Assembly (NCBI GenBank): GCA_028823055.1
Contig: JAPKCG010000001.1
Coordinates: 1-47,025 of the forward strand
Reading direction: 5' to 3'
Length of the DNA: 47,025 nucleotides
DNA from: Sphingomonas bacterium
GTDB lineage: Bacteria > Pseudomonadota > Alphaproteobacteria > Sphingomonadales > Sphingomonadaceae
The notes under the pieces were generated by a model, which worked only from the letters and a program-made list of their open reading frames with translations, did no database searches and was not told the DNA's origin. This document shows positions 30,570 to 40,100 of this stretch, in pieces; the stretch's first letter is position 1, and each line of letters begins with the position of its first letter. The position numbers and the translations under genes are program-made.

Positions 30570-31094
30570 GTGCTGCGCGCCAGGGTCGGGTTACGGCATT
30601 TCTATCGTTATCTCACGCCAAAATGGTCCTACCTGCCGCTCAGCGGGGCAGGGGCCGCGAGCGCAGGCGGACGTTTCAACCGGCCAGGCGTCGAGGCGCT
30701 CTACCTCTCGGCGGAGCCGGAGACGGCGCTGGCCGAGTACAAGCAGGGATCGAGCCTGCCTCGGCCGGCGACGCTTGCAGCCTATGAGCTCGATCTGACC
30801 GATGTCGTCGACCTGTCCGCCGGCTACGATCCGGACTATTGGGCAGCGCAGTGGGCGGACTGGACCTGCGACTGGCGCTGGATCGCGCGCGTCGAGCACA
30901 AGGTGCCGCCGTCGTGGCAGCTCGGCGACGAGGCGATCCGGTCGGGCGCTGCTGGCCTGTTGTTCCCGTCGACCCATCATGCCGGCGGTTCCAACCTCGT
31001 CGTATTCAGCGCCAACCTGACGAGCGTCGACCGGCTTGCGGTACACGATCCCGATGATATGCTACCGAAGGACCAACGGTCTTGGGAGCCATAG
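30570..31094 (+). CDS. RES-domain toxin
   Basis: SGAGAASAGGRFNRPGVEALYLS, ALAEY, GLLFPS, NLVVF. Confidence 0.9.
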   Translation: MLRARVGLRHFYRYLTPKWSYLPLSGAGAASAGGRFNRPGVEALYLSAEPETALAEYKQGSSLPRPATLAAYELDLTDVVDLSAGYDPDYWAAQWADWTCDWRWIARVEHKVPPSWQLGDEAIRSGAAGLLFPSTHHAGGSNLVVFSANLTSVDRLAVHDPDDMLPKDQRSWEP

Positions 31095-31165
31095 GGGACC
31101 GATGACGTGTGCAGCCTATCGGACGCTAGATGCCCTTAAGCCCTTGTTCTCGAACAGTAATCTAT

Positions 31166-31193
31166 TAGTCCGATAACATTTATTATGTAAAAC
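31166..31193. other. dif/pdif-like site
   Basis: TAGTCCGATAA-CATTTA-TTATGTAAAAC; 11-6-11 with a XerD-like right arm. Confidence 0.65.
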
Positions 31194-31202
31194 TTATGTA
31201 GC

Positions 31203-31375
31203 TCCGGTGTCGGCGGGAACGCCTCCAGGATGCGGCATTGCGCAACGGGCCGTCCCGCGCAGCTCGACACCGCGGCCGCGAGTTCGCGCCGCAGCGACTG
31301 GAGATGGTCGATCTTCCGGTCGACCTCAATCAGATGCTCGGACGCGATCACCTTCACGGCACCGCAATCGCCGCC
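31203..31375 (-). pseudogene. 3' half of a CadR/PbrR-type MerR regulator
   Basis: DCGAVKVIASEHLIEVDRKIDHL...SCAGRPVAQCRILEA; HTH missing. Confidence 0.8.
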
Positions 31376-31389
31376 TTATTGCCCCAAGA

Positions 31390-32688
31390 TCATTCCATCG
31401 CGGCGAGCAGATCGTCGATCGACGCGCTCGCGAACGCAGTGAAGCTGTCGGCGACAGCATAGGGGAGCATCAGGTCGCGGCCGACCGCGAGCGCGCCGCA
31501 GCTATAGACGACGTTGGGGACGTAACCGTCGCGCTGCTTGACGCTGGGTGCCAAGACCGGACGCGGCGTGCGCGCCAGCAGCTTGGACGGGTCGTCCTTG
31601 TCGAGCAGGCACGCGCCGATGCAGTAGTTGCGGACAGTCCCGACCCCGTGCGTCAGGACCAGCCAGCCTTCGTCCAGCTCGATCGGCGAACCGCAATTGC
31701 CCATCTGCACGAACTCCCACGGATAGCGCGGCTCGATCAGCTTGGAGCCACCACTCCAAGCGAGAATGTCGTCGGATGTTAGCAGCCAGATGTTCTTGTT
31801 GTCGTGGCGACCCAGCATCGCGAAACGGCCGTCTACCCGCCGGGGGAACAGCGCCATTCCCTTGCCGCCCGTGGCGTCGCCGGTGAGCGCGCGCATCTCG
31901 AAGGTGCGGAAGTCGCTGGTGGTCAGCAGCTCCGATCGTGCTTCGGCACCGCTGAAGGCGGTATAGGTGCCGTGATAGGCGAACACGCCGTCGCCCTCGT
32001 CGAAGCGGACGAGCCTTAGATCCTCGATGCCCTGCCGCTGGCTCGGCAGGACGGGGAACAATACCGTTTCGGACACCGTCCGGCTACCGCCGCAGTGGAG
32101 CCGGACCGAGGCGTCATTCGTGTCAGCCCGATCGATGATTGGCGGCACCGACACCGACCCAGGATCGTCGATCACCAGGGTGCCTCCCGGCGTCCACCGG
32201 CCCGTGCGGAAGGTGACGGAGGAGAGGTGGCCTTCGCCGATTCCGCGCAGCGAAAGGAGGAAACGGACCGCGCCATCGGCCATGTCGACCTGGTCGGGAT
32301 GGAGCACCGCGCTCGGGTTGAACAGCGCCGCCCCCTCGTAAGCGTATTCCTGCAGGAAATACGCCCCGATCAGCCGCCGACGGGCGTCGTCGCACCTATC
32401 GGCCCCGTCAAAGCGTCCCGCCATCTCGTCGAAACGGCGCCGGAGTGTTGCATCGACGTCCCGATGGTTCTGGTCGAGCGACGCGGTGACGCCCTCCAGC
32501 TGGCGGGTAAGCTCCGCCTCGTCGAGCGCGAGGATGAAATCGACCGTTTCCTGAGTGCGCGTGGCACCGTCATCGAAACCGCGCGGATAGCCCGGCTCGA
32601 ACGGTCGAACTACGGTGCGCGACGGATCAGGACGAAGGACCACATCGTGGAAGCAAAGCTTTGCGCGCTCGGCCATGTCGGATTTCAT
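31390..32688 (-). CDS. GH130-like glycosidase/phosphorylase
   Basis: AALFNPS, GIEDLRLVRF, KGMALFPR, GNCGSPIE, GYVPNVVYSCG. Confidence 0.88.
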   Translation of the reverse strand: MKSDMAERAKLCFHDVVLRPDPSRTVVRPFEPGYPRGFDDGATRTQETVDFILALDEAELTRQLEGVTASLDQNHRDVDATLRRRFDEMAGRFDGADRCDDARRRLIGAYFLQEYAYEGAALFNPSAVLHPDQVDMADGAVRFLLSLRGIGEGHLSSVTFRTGRWTPGGTLVIDDPGSVSVPPIIDRADTNDASVRLHCGGSRTVSETVLFPVLPSQRQGIEDLRLVRFDEGDGVFAYHGTYTAFSGAEARSELLTTSDFRTFEMRALTGDATGGKGMALFPRRVDGRFAMLGRHDNKNIWLLTSDDILAWSGGSKLIEPRYPWEFVQMGNCGSPIELDEGWLVLTHGVGTVRNYCIGACLLDKDDPSKLLARTPRPVLAPSVKQRDGYVPNVVYSCGALAVGRDLMLPYAVADSFTAFASASIDDLLAAME

Positions 32689-32962
32689 TCTGTTTGCTTC
32701 CAGGTGAACGGATAAGCCGTGTTTGAACTCAGTCGGGGTCGGCGTGCCATCACGTCGAGATGTATTCGTCAGCCTTGTGTCATAACAACCTTCGTGCTCG
32801 TGACGATCCTAAGATTGGGCACCGGGGCTGCCGTCGACGTGCATTGGGGTTCAACGCTGTTGGTCGTCTTTAGATGGACTTCGGCCGCCCGCCTACCGCG
32901 ATCCGGCGAGAGCCTCTTAAAGACTCAATGATGTGGCTCCAAGATGACCGGACAGGCCCTCG

Positions 32963-33165
32963 TTCTAGGCCGAAATCGCCGACGATCGACACTACCAGCA
33001 CGTTGATCGAGGTGCCGGATGGTCGTCGACATGCCCCCGATCAACACTGCGCTGGCGACCGGGTCACAGTGCCTTCGCCCGGCATCCCACCAATCGCTGC
33101 GGTCGCGGCCATCACCGGCAGCATTCGGGCGAGCACGGACGGGTCGTTGACCATCATGCTCAAGT
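32963..33165 (-). pseudogene. Degenerate internal fragment of an SLC13-type permease
   Basis: Frameshifted pieces LSMMVND..., AVLIGGMSTTI, GTSINVLVVSIVGDFGL. Confidence 0.45.
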
Positions 33166-33176
33166 GAACGTGTTGA

Positions 33177-33434
33177 TCAGTGCAATCTGGACCCTAGCCG
33201 CCGTTCAACGACGCAAGTTTCACTGACAGCCGCCGATGCTCGAGTCTGCGCTTCCGCCGAAGTAGCGTCGCGATTTCCGAGATCGATTGGCTGCTCGGGT
33301 CGAGAACCTGGCGTGCTGCAAGGTACGTGGTCATAGACCGGTCCTGCCGCAGGTTGAGGACGAGAGATCGGGCCCATGCACGCCGTAGACAGCAGGAGAG
33401 CGAAACCTGATGCTGACCGAATTGGGACGCGCAT
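33177..33434 (-). CDS. Small hypothetical lipoprotein (possibly truncated)
   Basis: RBS AAGGGAG, LLLSTAC lipobox-like motif, two further Cys. Confidence 0.45.
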   Translation of the reverse strand: MRVPIRSASGFALLLSTACMGPISRPQPAAGPVYDHVPCSTPGSRPEQPIDLGNRDATSAEAQTRASAAVSETCVVERRLGSRLH

Positions 33435-33600
33435 GTCGGATTGACTCCCTTTGACGATTCCAGCCCGTGCGGCGTTACTGCCCGATCTCCATTTCCAACA
33501 TGCGTGGAAGCAGTGAACGTTGATGATAGCTTGGTACACGTGAAGCTTAGCCACGGAAAGGTGTCCACTTTTGCCGACCTGCACCATCGAAGCCGATCAG

Positions 33601-34047
33601 CTAAAGCGCCGGAGATGGCCTCCTCTTCGTAGTCGGAGCGACAGGCCGGTGCACTCTGGCTAAAGGGCCTAAAACTTCGAGAATCCGACAGTCCGCGACG
33701 CTCCCGCCCCCACACGAATCGCTGAGCTTGACGAGTTCCTGACGCAGCCCAGCGAGGTCGGCTGTCTTCCGGTCGATTTCCGCGATATGGGCCCGTGCAT
33801 TCTCATGAACGGAATCACAGGCGCTATCTTGGTTGCCCGCAAGAACGAGCAACGCTCGCACCTGATCAAGCGAGAAGCCAAGGTCGCGGGCTCTTCGAAT
33901 GAAGCTGAGCCGGGTCAGTTCCACCTGGCCATAAACGCGATAGTTTCCGCTTGTGCGAGAAGGTTCGGGTAAGAGGCCCGCCTTTTCATACCAGCGTATC
34001 GTCTCTACGCGGGTGTCAGTTTCGCGTGCGAGATCGCCGATTCTCAT
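33601..34047 (-). CDS. CadR/PbrR/ZntR-type MerR regulator
   Basis: MRIGDLARET...TIRWYE; three Cys (SACDSV, SCGGGSVADC). Confidence 0.9.
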   Translation of the reverse strand: MRIGDLARETDTRVETIRWYEKAGLLPEPSRTSGNYRVYGQVELTRLSFIRRARDLGFSLDQVRALLVLAGNQDSACDSVHENARAHIAEIDRKTADLAGLRQELVKLSDSCGGGSVADCRILEVLGPLARVHRPVAPTTKRRPSPAL

Positions 34048-34098
34048 AGTCGCTCCAAAATATTTTTGCCTGATCCGAGCCGAGACGAGCTTTTTCGC

Positions 34099-34129
34099 TT
34101 GACCCTGAAGTGGCTTCAAGGTGCATAGG
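34099..34129 (+). promoter_or_regulatory. MerR-type promoter/operator for czc copy 2
   Basis: TTGACC-19-CATAGG with dyad TGAAG-TGG-CTTCA. Confidence 0.8.
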
Positions 34130-34169
34130 CGGCTTACCGAAGATCCGATACAGGTATTTCGAACCAAAC

Positions 34170-34562
34170 ATGTTGTCGCGCGCGCTCCTTGCTGAAGGCC
34201 CCGATGGGCAAGGCTGGACGCGTGCGGCCCGGCGGCTGAGCTTTATGCTCTTGCTCCTGGCGGCGGCGCTCTCGTTCGTGATCGGCTCGGTATCACATGC
34301 CACCGAACCGGTGCGTTGCCTCAGCACGACTGAAGCGATGCAGTTTGGCCACAGCACTGGAGATCGTGATCAGGTCCCCTCCGATAGTGAGAAGGGGTAT
34401 GCTCATCACCATGGTGGTTGCCACGGTCATCAATTCGGCGAGCCGGCTGCGACCAAGGCGCCCCAGCCCGCCCTTGTCACGTCGACGGTTGGCGTGCTCG
34501 ATGCTGTAAGCCTTTTCACATCGGCAACGACCAACCCAGGATTACGACCCCCCATAGCCTGA
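34170..34562 (+). CDS. Secreted His/Cys leader protein ending PGLRPPIA
   Basis: Signal peptide ending SHA, HHHGGCHGH; exact start uncertain. Confidence 0.78.
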   Translation: MLSRALLAEGPDGQGWTRAARRLSFMLLLLAAALSFVIGSVSHATEPVRCLSTTEAMQFGHSTGDRDQVPSDSEKGYAHHHGGCHGHQFGEPAATKAPQPALVTSTVGVLDAVSLFTSATTNPGLRPPIA

Positions 34563-34611
34563 CGAGTCTCGCAAGGCCGTGTCGAAACGGTCGCGGTTGA
34601 TTCGCCAGGAG
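34558..34611 (+). promoter_or_regulatory. Stem-loop pairing the leader stop with the czcC SD
   Basis: CCTGACGAGTC/GATTCGCCAGG (10/11 paired including G-U), inner GGCCGT/ACGGTC; SD AGGAG at 34607-34611. Confidence 0.75.
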
Positions 34612-34619
34612 TTTACTAC

Positions 34620-35903
34620 ATGCAACGTTTCATCGCGGCCCTTTTGGCCGCGGCGTCGTGCGCGGGTATCGCGCACGCGCAGACGGCGCCCTTGTCAGGG
34701 GTGCCAACGGCGCCGCCTGCTGGTGGCGACGTGATCACACTTGAGTCGGCTCTTGCGCAGGGCGGGGCTGCCTCCCCTTCCCTTGAGGCGTCTACTGCCG
34801 GCGTTCGCGCCGCTACAGCGGCTAGGTCGGTTGCCGGCCTCAGGCCTAATCCAGAAATCCAGGCGACCACCGAAAATGTGGCCGGAACTGGCATCTATAA
34901 GGGTCTCCGGAGCTCCGAGACGACTGTCGGTTTGGCGTTGCCGCTTGAACTCGGCGGAAAGAGGAGCGCGCGCGTAGCGCTCGCCAACGCGCGGCTGACT
35001 CGGGCCGAGATCCAGTCGGCCATCGCAATCGCGGATCTCCGTCTCCGAATCACCCAACTCTACGTAGAAGCAGCCGCCGCCGAACGCCGCACCGAGGTCT
35101 TGGGGGAGCAGGCCACGATTGCCGCGAACGCGCTGCGTATTGCGAGCGAGCGGGTCCGGGCCGGAGCGGCCTCGCCCATCGAGCAGCAGCGCGCCGACGT
35201 CCTTCGCATCAATGCGCAAGTCGCGGCCGACAGTGCTGCGCGACAGGTGCAGGCGGCGCGCAGCAACCTCGCCGCTCTCACAGGTAGGCCGATCACCGGC
35301 TCGCTGGATCGAGGTTGGTTCGATCAGGTGGCGAGCCTCTACGGACCGTCGCTACCGACAGAAGTGGAGGCGACGCTCGCTTTTGTGGCTGCCACGGCCG
35401 ACGTCCGCACCGCAGATGCGCAGGTTCGATTGGCCCGCTCGTTGCGCGTCCCTGACGTTACCATCAGCGCTGGAGCGCGTCGCCTGGAACAGACCAACGA
35501 TACCGCTGCGGTCGTCGGCGTCAGCATACCAATACCCATTTTCAACAATGGCCGCGCCTTCGTCAGCCAAGCCAGGGCGGAGCAGACCCAGGCACAGGCG
35601 CTCAGGAACCTGGTGGCTCTGGACACGCGGCAAGAGATCGCGCGTGCCCAAACCGAGCTCGCGAATGCAGCTGCCACCGCTCGCGCGACGGGCGGCCCGG
35701 CCTTGAATGCTGCGGCGGAGTCAGCTCGTATTGCGCGCGTCGGCTACTCGCAGGGCAAATTCGATCAGATCGCCCTGCTCGACGCGGAGCGGACGCTGTC
35801 CCAGACGCGGCAGGCCTATGTCGATGCCCTTGCCGCCTACCATGATGCCGAGGCGCGACTGCAGCGATTGACGACGCCCGCCCCGGTCGCCGGCGAGCGG
35901 TGA
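34620..35903 (+). CDS. czcC: CzcC-family outer membrane factor
   Basis: RPNPEI, PLELGGKRSAR, SIPIPIFN, YSQGKF. Confidence 0.92.
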   Translation: MQRFIAALLAAASCAGIAHAQTAPLSGVPTAPPAGGDVITLESALAQGGAASPSLEASTAGVRAATAARSVAGLRPNPEIQATTENVAGTGIYKGLRSSETTVGLALPLELGGKRSARVALANARLTRAEIQSAIAIADLRLRITQLYVEAAAAERRTEVLGEQATIAANALRIASERVRAGAASPIEQQRADVLRINAQVAADSAARQVQAARSNLAALTGRPITGSLDRGWFDQVASLYGPSLPTEVEATLAFVAATADVRTADAQVRLARSLRVPDVTISAGARRLEQTNDTAAVVGVSIPIPIFNNGRAFVSQARAEQTQAQALRNLVALDTRQEIARAQTELANAAATARATGGPALNAAAESARIARVGYSQGKFDQIALLDAERTLSQTRQAYVDALAAYHDAEARLQRLTTPAPVAGER

Positions 35904-36006
35904 CATGCGACATGAACGTACGCCCTCTCGTCTCCCATCTGACCGCAATATGCTCGAGCTTTGCTGGCTCGCTCTGCTTTGCCCCCCCATCCCTCGGAGA
36001 TTGTCT

Positions 36007-37179
36007 ATGATCCCTCAAGATAAGCGCCTGCTTGGCGGCGCCGCTAGAGTAGCGCTTCTCGCTGCGATCGGCGGCATTGGCTTGGCCGGCTGTAGCGCGG
36101 ACGGCCCGGCAGCCAACGAGGCGGCCGCCAACACGACCGAAGCCGCGGCGCCTGCCGAGGAAAAGGTTCCGGACACCCTGGCGATGACGGCACAGGGCAT
36201 GCAGCAGGCCGGCATCGTAACTGAAGTTGTGCGCCCGGGCGGATTAGGCGCCGAAATCGTCAGCCAAGCCCTCGTGGCGGCCTCACCGACCGGGGAAGCG
36301 ATTGTGACGGCCCGCGCGGGCGGAGCGGTCACGCGCATCTTCAAGCGCCTCGGTGACCCGGTGCGTTCAGGCGAAACCCTCGCGCTGGTCGAAAGCCGGG
36401 AGGCGGCACAGTTCGCAGCGGATCGCACGGTGGCAGCGGCGAAGGCAAATCTGGCGCAGAAAGCGTTGGCGCGCGAACAGTATCTTTTTCGGCAGAAGGT
36501 GTCGGCGCGGGTCGATCTCGAGCAGGCCCAAGCCGAAGCAACTTCCGCCGCCGCTGAAGCGCGGCGGGCACAAGTGGCGGCTGGCGCTGCGAACGTCGCA
36601 CGTGACGGTCGCAGCGTCATCGTCGCTAGCCCCATCACAGGGCGCGTCACCGCGGAAAACGTCAGCCTTGGCGCATTCGTGCAACCGGAGACCGAGCTCT
36701 TCCGGGTCGCAGATCCAGCCAAGATCCAGATCGAGGCAGCGGTCGGCCCCGCTGACGCGCAGCGCCTGTCGCCGGGTGATCGGGCGATCGTCGAATTGCC
36801 CGATGGACGGACGGTAGAAGGACGCGTTCGGGCAGTCACCCCCGGCCTGAATAATGAGACTCGTTCAGCAACCGCTGTTCTGGACGTGCCAGGCTCGCTT
36901 CAGCCGGGGCTAGCGGTCCGCGTGCGGCTACTGCCGAGCCGCGGCGATATATCGAACAGTATCGTGGTTCCGGACGATGCCGTGCAAAGCTTTGAGGGCC
37001 GTGACGTCGTCTTCGTACGAACGGCCAAGGGCTTTCGTGCTCAGAGCGTCACGATTGGCCAGCGAAGCAACGGCCGGGTCGAGATCGTCAAGGGTCTGTC
37101 ACCGGGCAGCCAGATCGCAACCAAGAACGCATTCCTGCTCAAGGCCGAACTCGGCAAGGGCGCGGGCGAGGAAGAATAG
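36007..37179 (+). CDS. czcB: CzcB-family membrane fusion protein
   Basis: RBS GGAGA; MFP core; NAFLLKAEL; LAGC lipobox-like motif. Confidence 0.92.
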   Translation: MIPQDKRLLGGAARVALLAAIGGIGLAGCSADGPAANEAAANTTEAAAPAEEKVPDTLAMTAQGMQQAGIVTEVVRPGGLGAEIVSQALVAASPTGEAIVTARAGGAVTRIFKRLGDPVRSGETLALVESREAAQFAADRTVAAAKANLAQKALAREQYLFRQKVSARVDLEQAQAEATSAAAEARRAQVAAGAANVARDGRSVIVASPITGRVTAENVSLGAFVQPETELFRVADPAKIQIEAAVGPADAQRLSPGDRAIVELPDGRTVEGRVRAVTPGLNNETRSATAVLDVPGSLQPGLAVRVRLLPSRGDISNSIVVPDDAVQSFEGRDVVFVRTAKGFRAQSVTIGQRSNGRVEIVKGLSPGSQIATKNAFLLKAELGKGAGEEE

Positions 37180-37182
37180 ATC

Positions 37183-40100
37183 ATGATCGCCAATCTCATG
37201 GCGCTCTCCGTCCGCTTACGTTGGACGGTGCTCGCCCTTTTCCTCGTCATCGGTGGCCTCGGCCTCTGGCAGCTGACCAAGCTGCCGATCGACGCGGTGC
37301 CCGATATCACCACCAATCAGGTTCAGATCAATACGATCGATCCGCGGCTTTCGCCGGTCGAAATCGAAAAGCTCGTCACCTATCCGGTTGAAATCGCGCT
37401 TGCAGGCATTCCAGGGCTTGAAACCACGCGCTCGATCTCGCGCAACGGCTTCAGCCAGGTCAGCGCGATCTTCACCGACAGCACCGACCTTTATTTCGCA
37501 CGCCAACAGGTCGGTGAGCGCCTGCGCCAGGCAACCGAGAACCTGCCGGACGGCGTGCAGCCACAGGTCGGACCGGTGTCGACCGGCCTCGGCGAGATCG
37601 TCATGTATACTGTTGGCTATGCCAATCCCGACGGCAAGGGAGCGAAGAAGGTAGCCGGCCAGCCCGGCTGGCAGCCTGACGGCAGCTATCTGACGCCTGA
37701 AGGCGAACGGCTGACCGATGCGGTTACGAAGGCAAGCTACCTGCGCACCGTTCAAGACTGGATTATTGGCCCTCAGCTTAGGTCAGTGAAGGGTATTGCC
37801 GGGGTCGACTCGATCGGCGGCTATGCCAAGACGTTCGTTGTCGAACCGGATCCGACGAAACTCGCCGCTTTCGGCGTTTCGTACAGCGAGCTTGGCCAGG
37901 CGCTCGAAAATGCCAATCTTGCGGTCGGCGCGAATTACTACAACCGGGGTGGTGAAGCGTACCTTGTGCGCGTCGACTCCCGCGTGCGGACTGTGGACGA
38001 AATCCGCAACGCCGTCGCCGCGACACGGGGCGGTACGCCGGTCACGATCGGCCAGATTGCGAACGTTCGTGTCGGTGGCGATCTGCGGACAGGTGCCGGG
38101 AGCATGAACGGCCGGGAAGCGGTCATCGGCACAGTGCTGATGCTGATTGGCCAGAACAGCCGGGTCGTGGCTGAAGCGGCAACTGCGAAGCTCGATCAGG
38201 TAGCAAAGACGCTGCCGCCGGGCGTCGAGGTAAAGGTGGTGCTGAATCGCGCCGCCCTGGTCGGGGCCACGGTGGCTACGGTCCAGCGCAACCTGACCGA
38301 AGGCGCAATTCTTGTCGCGGCGTCGCTGTTCCTGCTGCTTGGCAACTGGCGCGCCGCGGTGATCGCGACGCTGGTAATTCCGTTCTCGTTCCTGATGATG
38401 GCGATGGGAATGAATGCGTTCAACGTGCCCGGCAACCTGATGAGCCTGGGGGCGCTCGATTTCGGTCTGATCGTGGACGGCGCGGTCATCATCATCGAAA
38501 ACTGTCTCGCCAGATTGGCGCATCGACAAGAACATGAAGGACGACTGCTGTCGCTCCGGGAGCGGCTTGAGGAGACGATGCGCGCCGCTCAGGAAATGAT
38601 CAGGCCAACTGTTTACGGTCAGGCGATCATCTTGCTCGCTTTTGCTCCGCTGCTGACGTTTACAGGCACCGAGGGCAAGACGTTCTCGCCGATGGCGATC
38701 ACCATCATGCTCGCGCTCGTGGCGGCGTTCATCCTCGCCATCACGCTGGTGCCGGCCCTGGTAGCAATCATGATCCGCGGCAAAGTCGCGGAAAAGGACG
38801 TGTGGCTTATCCGCAAGTCCAAGGACCGCTACCTTCCATTGCTCGACAAGGCGATCGCGCGCCCGTGGCCGTTCATTCTCGGTGGGCTGGCCTTCTTCCT
38901 GGCCGCGCTTCCCGCCTTTGGCTTGCTGGGCTCGGAGTTCATTCCCCAGCTCGACGAGAAGAATCTCGCCTTCGCATCGACGCGCGTGCCCTCGGTTAGC
39001 CTCGATCAGTCGCTGGCGATGGAACGCAAGGTTGAGGAAGCGGTGATGAAGGTTCCGGAAGTCGCCTTGATGTTTTCCAAGACCGGCACCGCAGAAGTTG
39101 CGAGCGACCCTATGCCGCCAAACGTATCTGACGGCTTCATCATCCTGAAAGAGAAGGAGGAGTGGGCTGAGGGTACGACCAAAGCCGACGTGGTCGCGAA
39201 AATTGAGAAGGCAACCGGCGGTTTGCTCGGGAACCTCTATGAGGTCAGTCAGCCCATCCAGCTCCGTTTCAATGAGTTGATCGCCGGTGTCCGCGGCGAT
39301 GTCGCGATCAAGCTCTACGGGGACGATCTCGACAAGATGGCGCTGACCGCAAATGAGATGGTGCGGGTGCTCCAGACGATACCTGGGGCGGCGAGCGTCA
39401 AGGCCGAACAGGTTGGCGGCGCGCCGGCGCTCGACGTGAGACTCGATCGGGCGGCGATCGCACGATATGGCCTCACAGTTCGCGACGTTGCGGATACCGT
39501 TGCGGCAGGGCTCGGTGGCCGCGAATCGGGGCTGGTGTACGAGGGCGACCGGCGTTTCGATGTCACCGTGCGCGTGCCGGAGGCGACACGAGCCAACCTT
39601 GACGACATTCGGGTGCTTCCCGTTCTGCTGCCCGAAGTGGAGGGACGGCCGCGTGCCCAGGTGCCGCTCGCGCAGGTCGCGCAAATCCGGCTGACTGAGG
39701 GGCTGAACCAGATCAGCCGGGAGAACGGCAAGCGCCGCGTCGTCGTTCAGGTCAACCTCGGCGGGCGCGATGCCGGCTCGTTCGTCCAGGAAGCGCAGGC
39801 GAAGATCGCGCAGGTCAAGCTGCCCGCGGGTTACTACCTGGAATGGGGTGGTCAGTTCGAAAACCTGGCCGCCGCGTCGAAGCGGCTGTCGATCGTCGTG
39901 CCGTTGTGCTTCCTGGTAATCTTCGGACTGCTCTACATGGCATTGGGCGGGTTCGGCCGCGCAGCAGCGGTGTTCCTGGCGGTGCCGCTGGGGCTCGCGG
40001 GTGGTGTATTCACGCTCGTGCTGACGGGCATCAGCTTTTCGGTGTCGGCGGCGGTGGGGTTCATCTGCCTCGCCGGCGTCGCGGTCCTGAATGGACTCGT

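Noticed and set aside
33493-33511. TTCCA-N7-TGGAA dyad as a CueR box
   Set aside because: No convincing -35/-10 pair with a 19-bp spacer.
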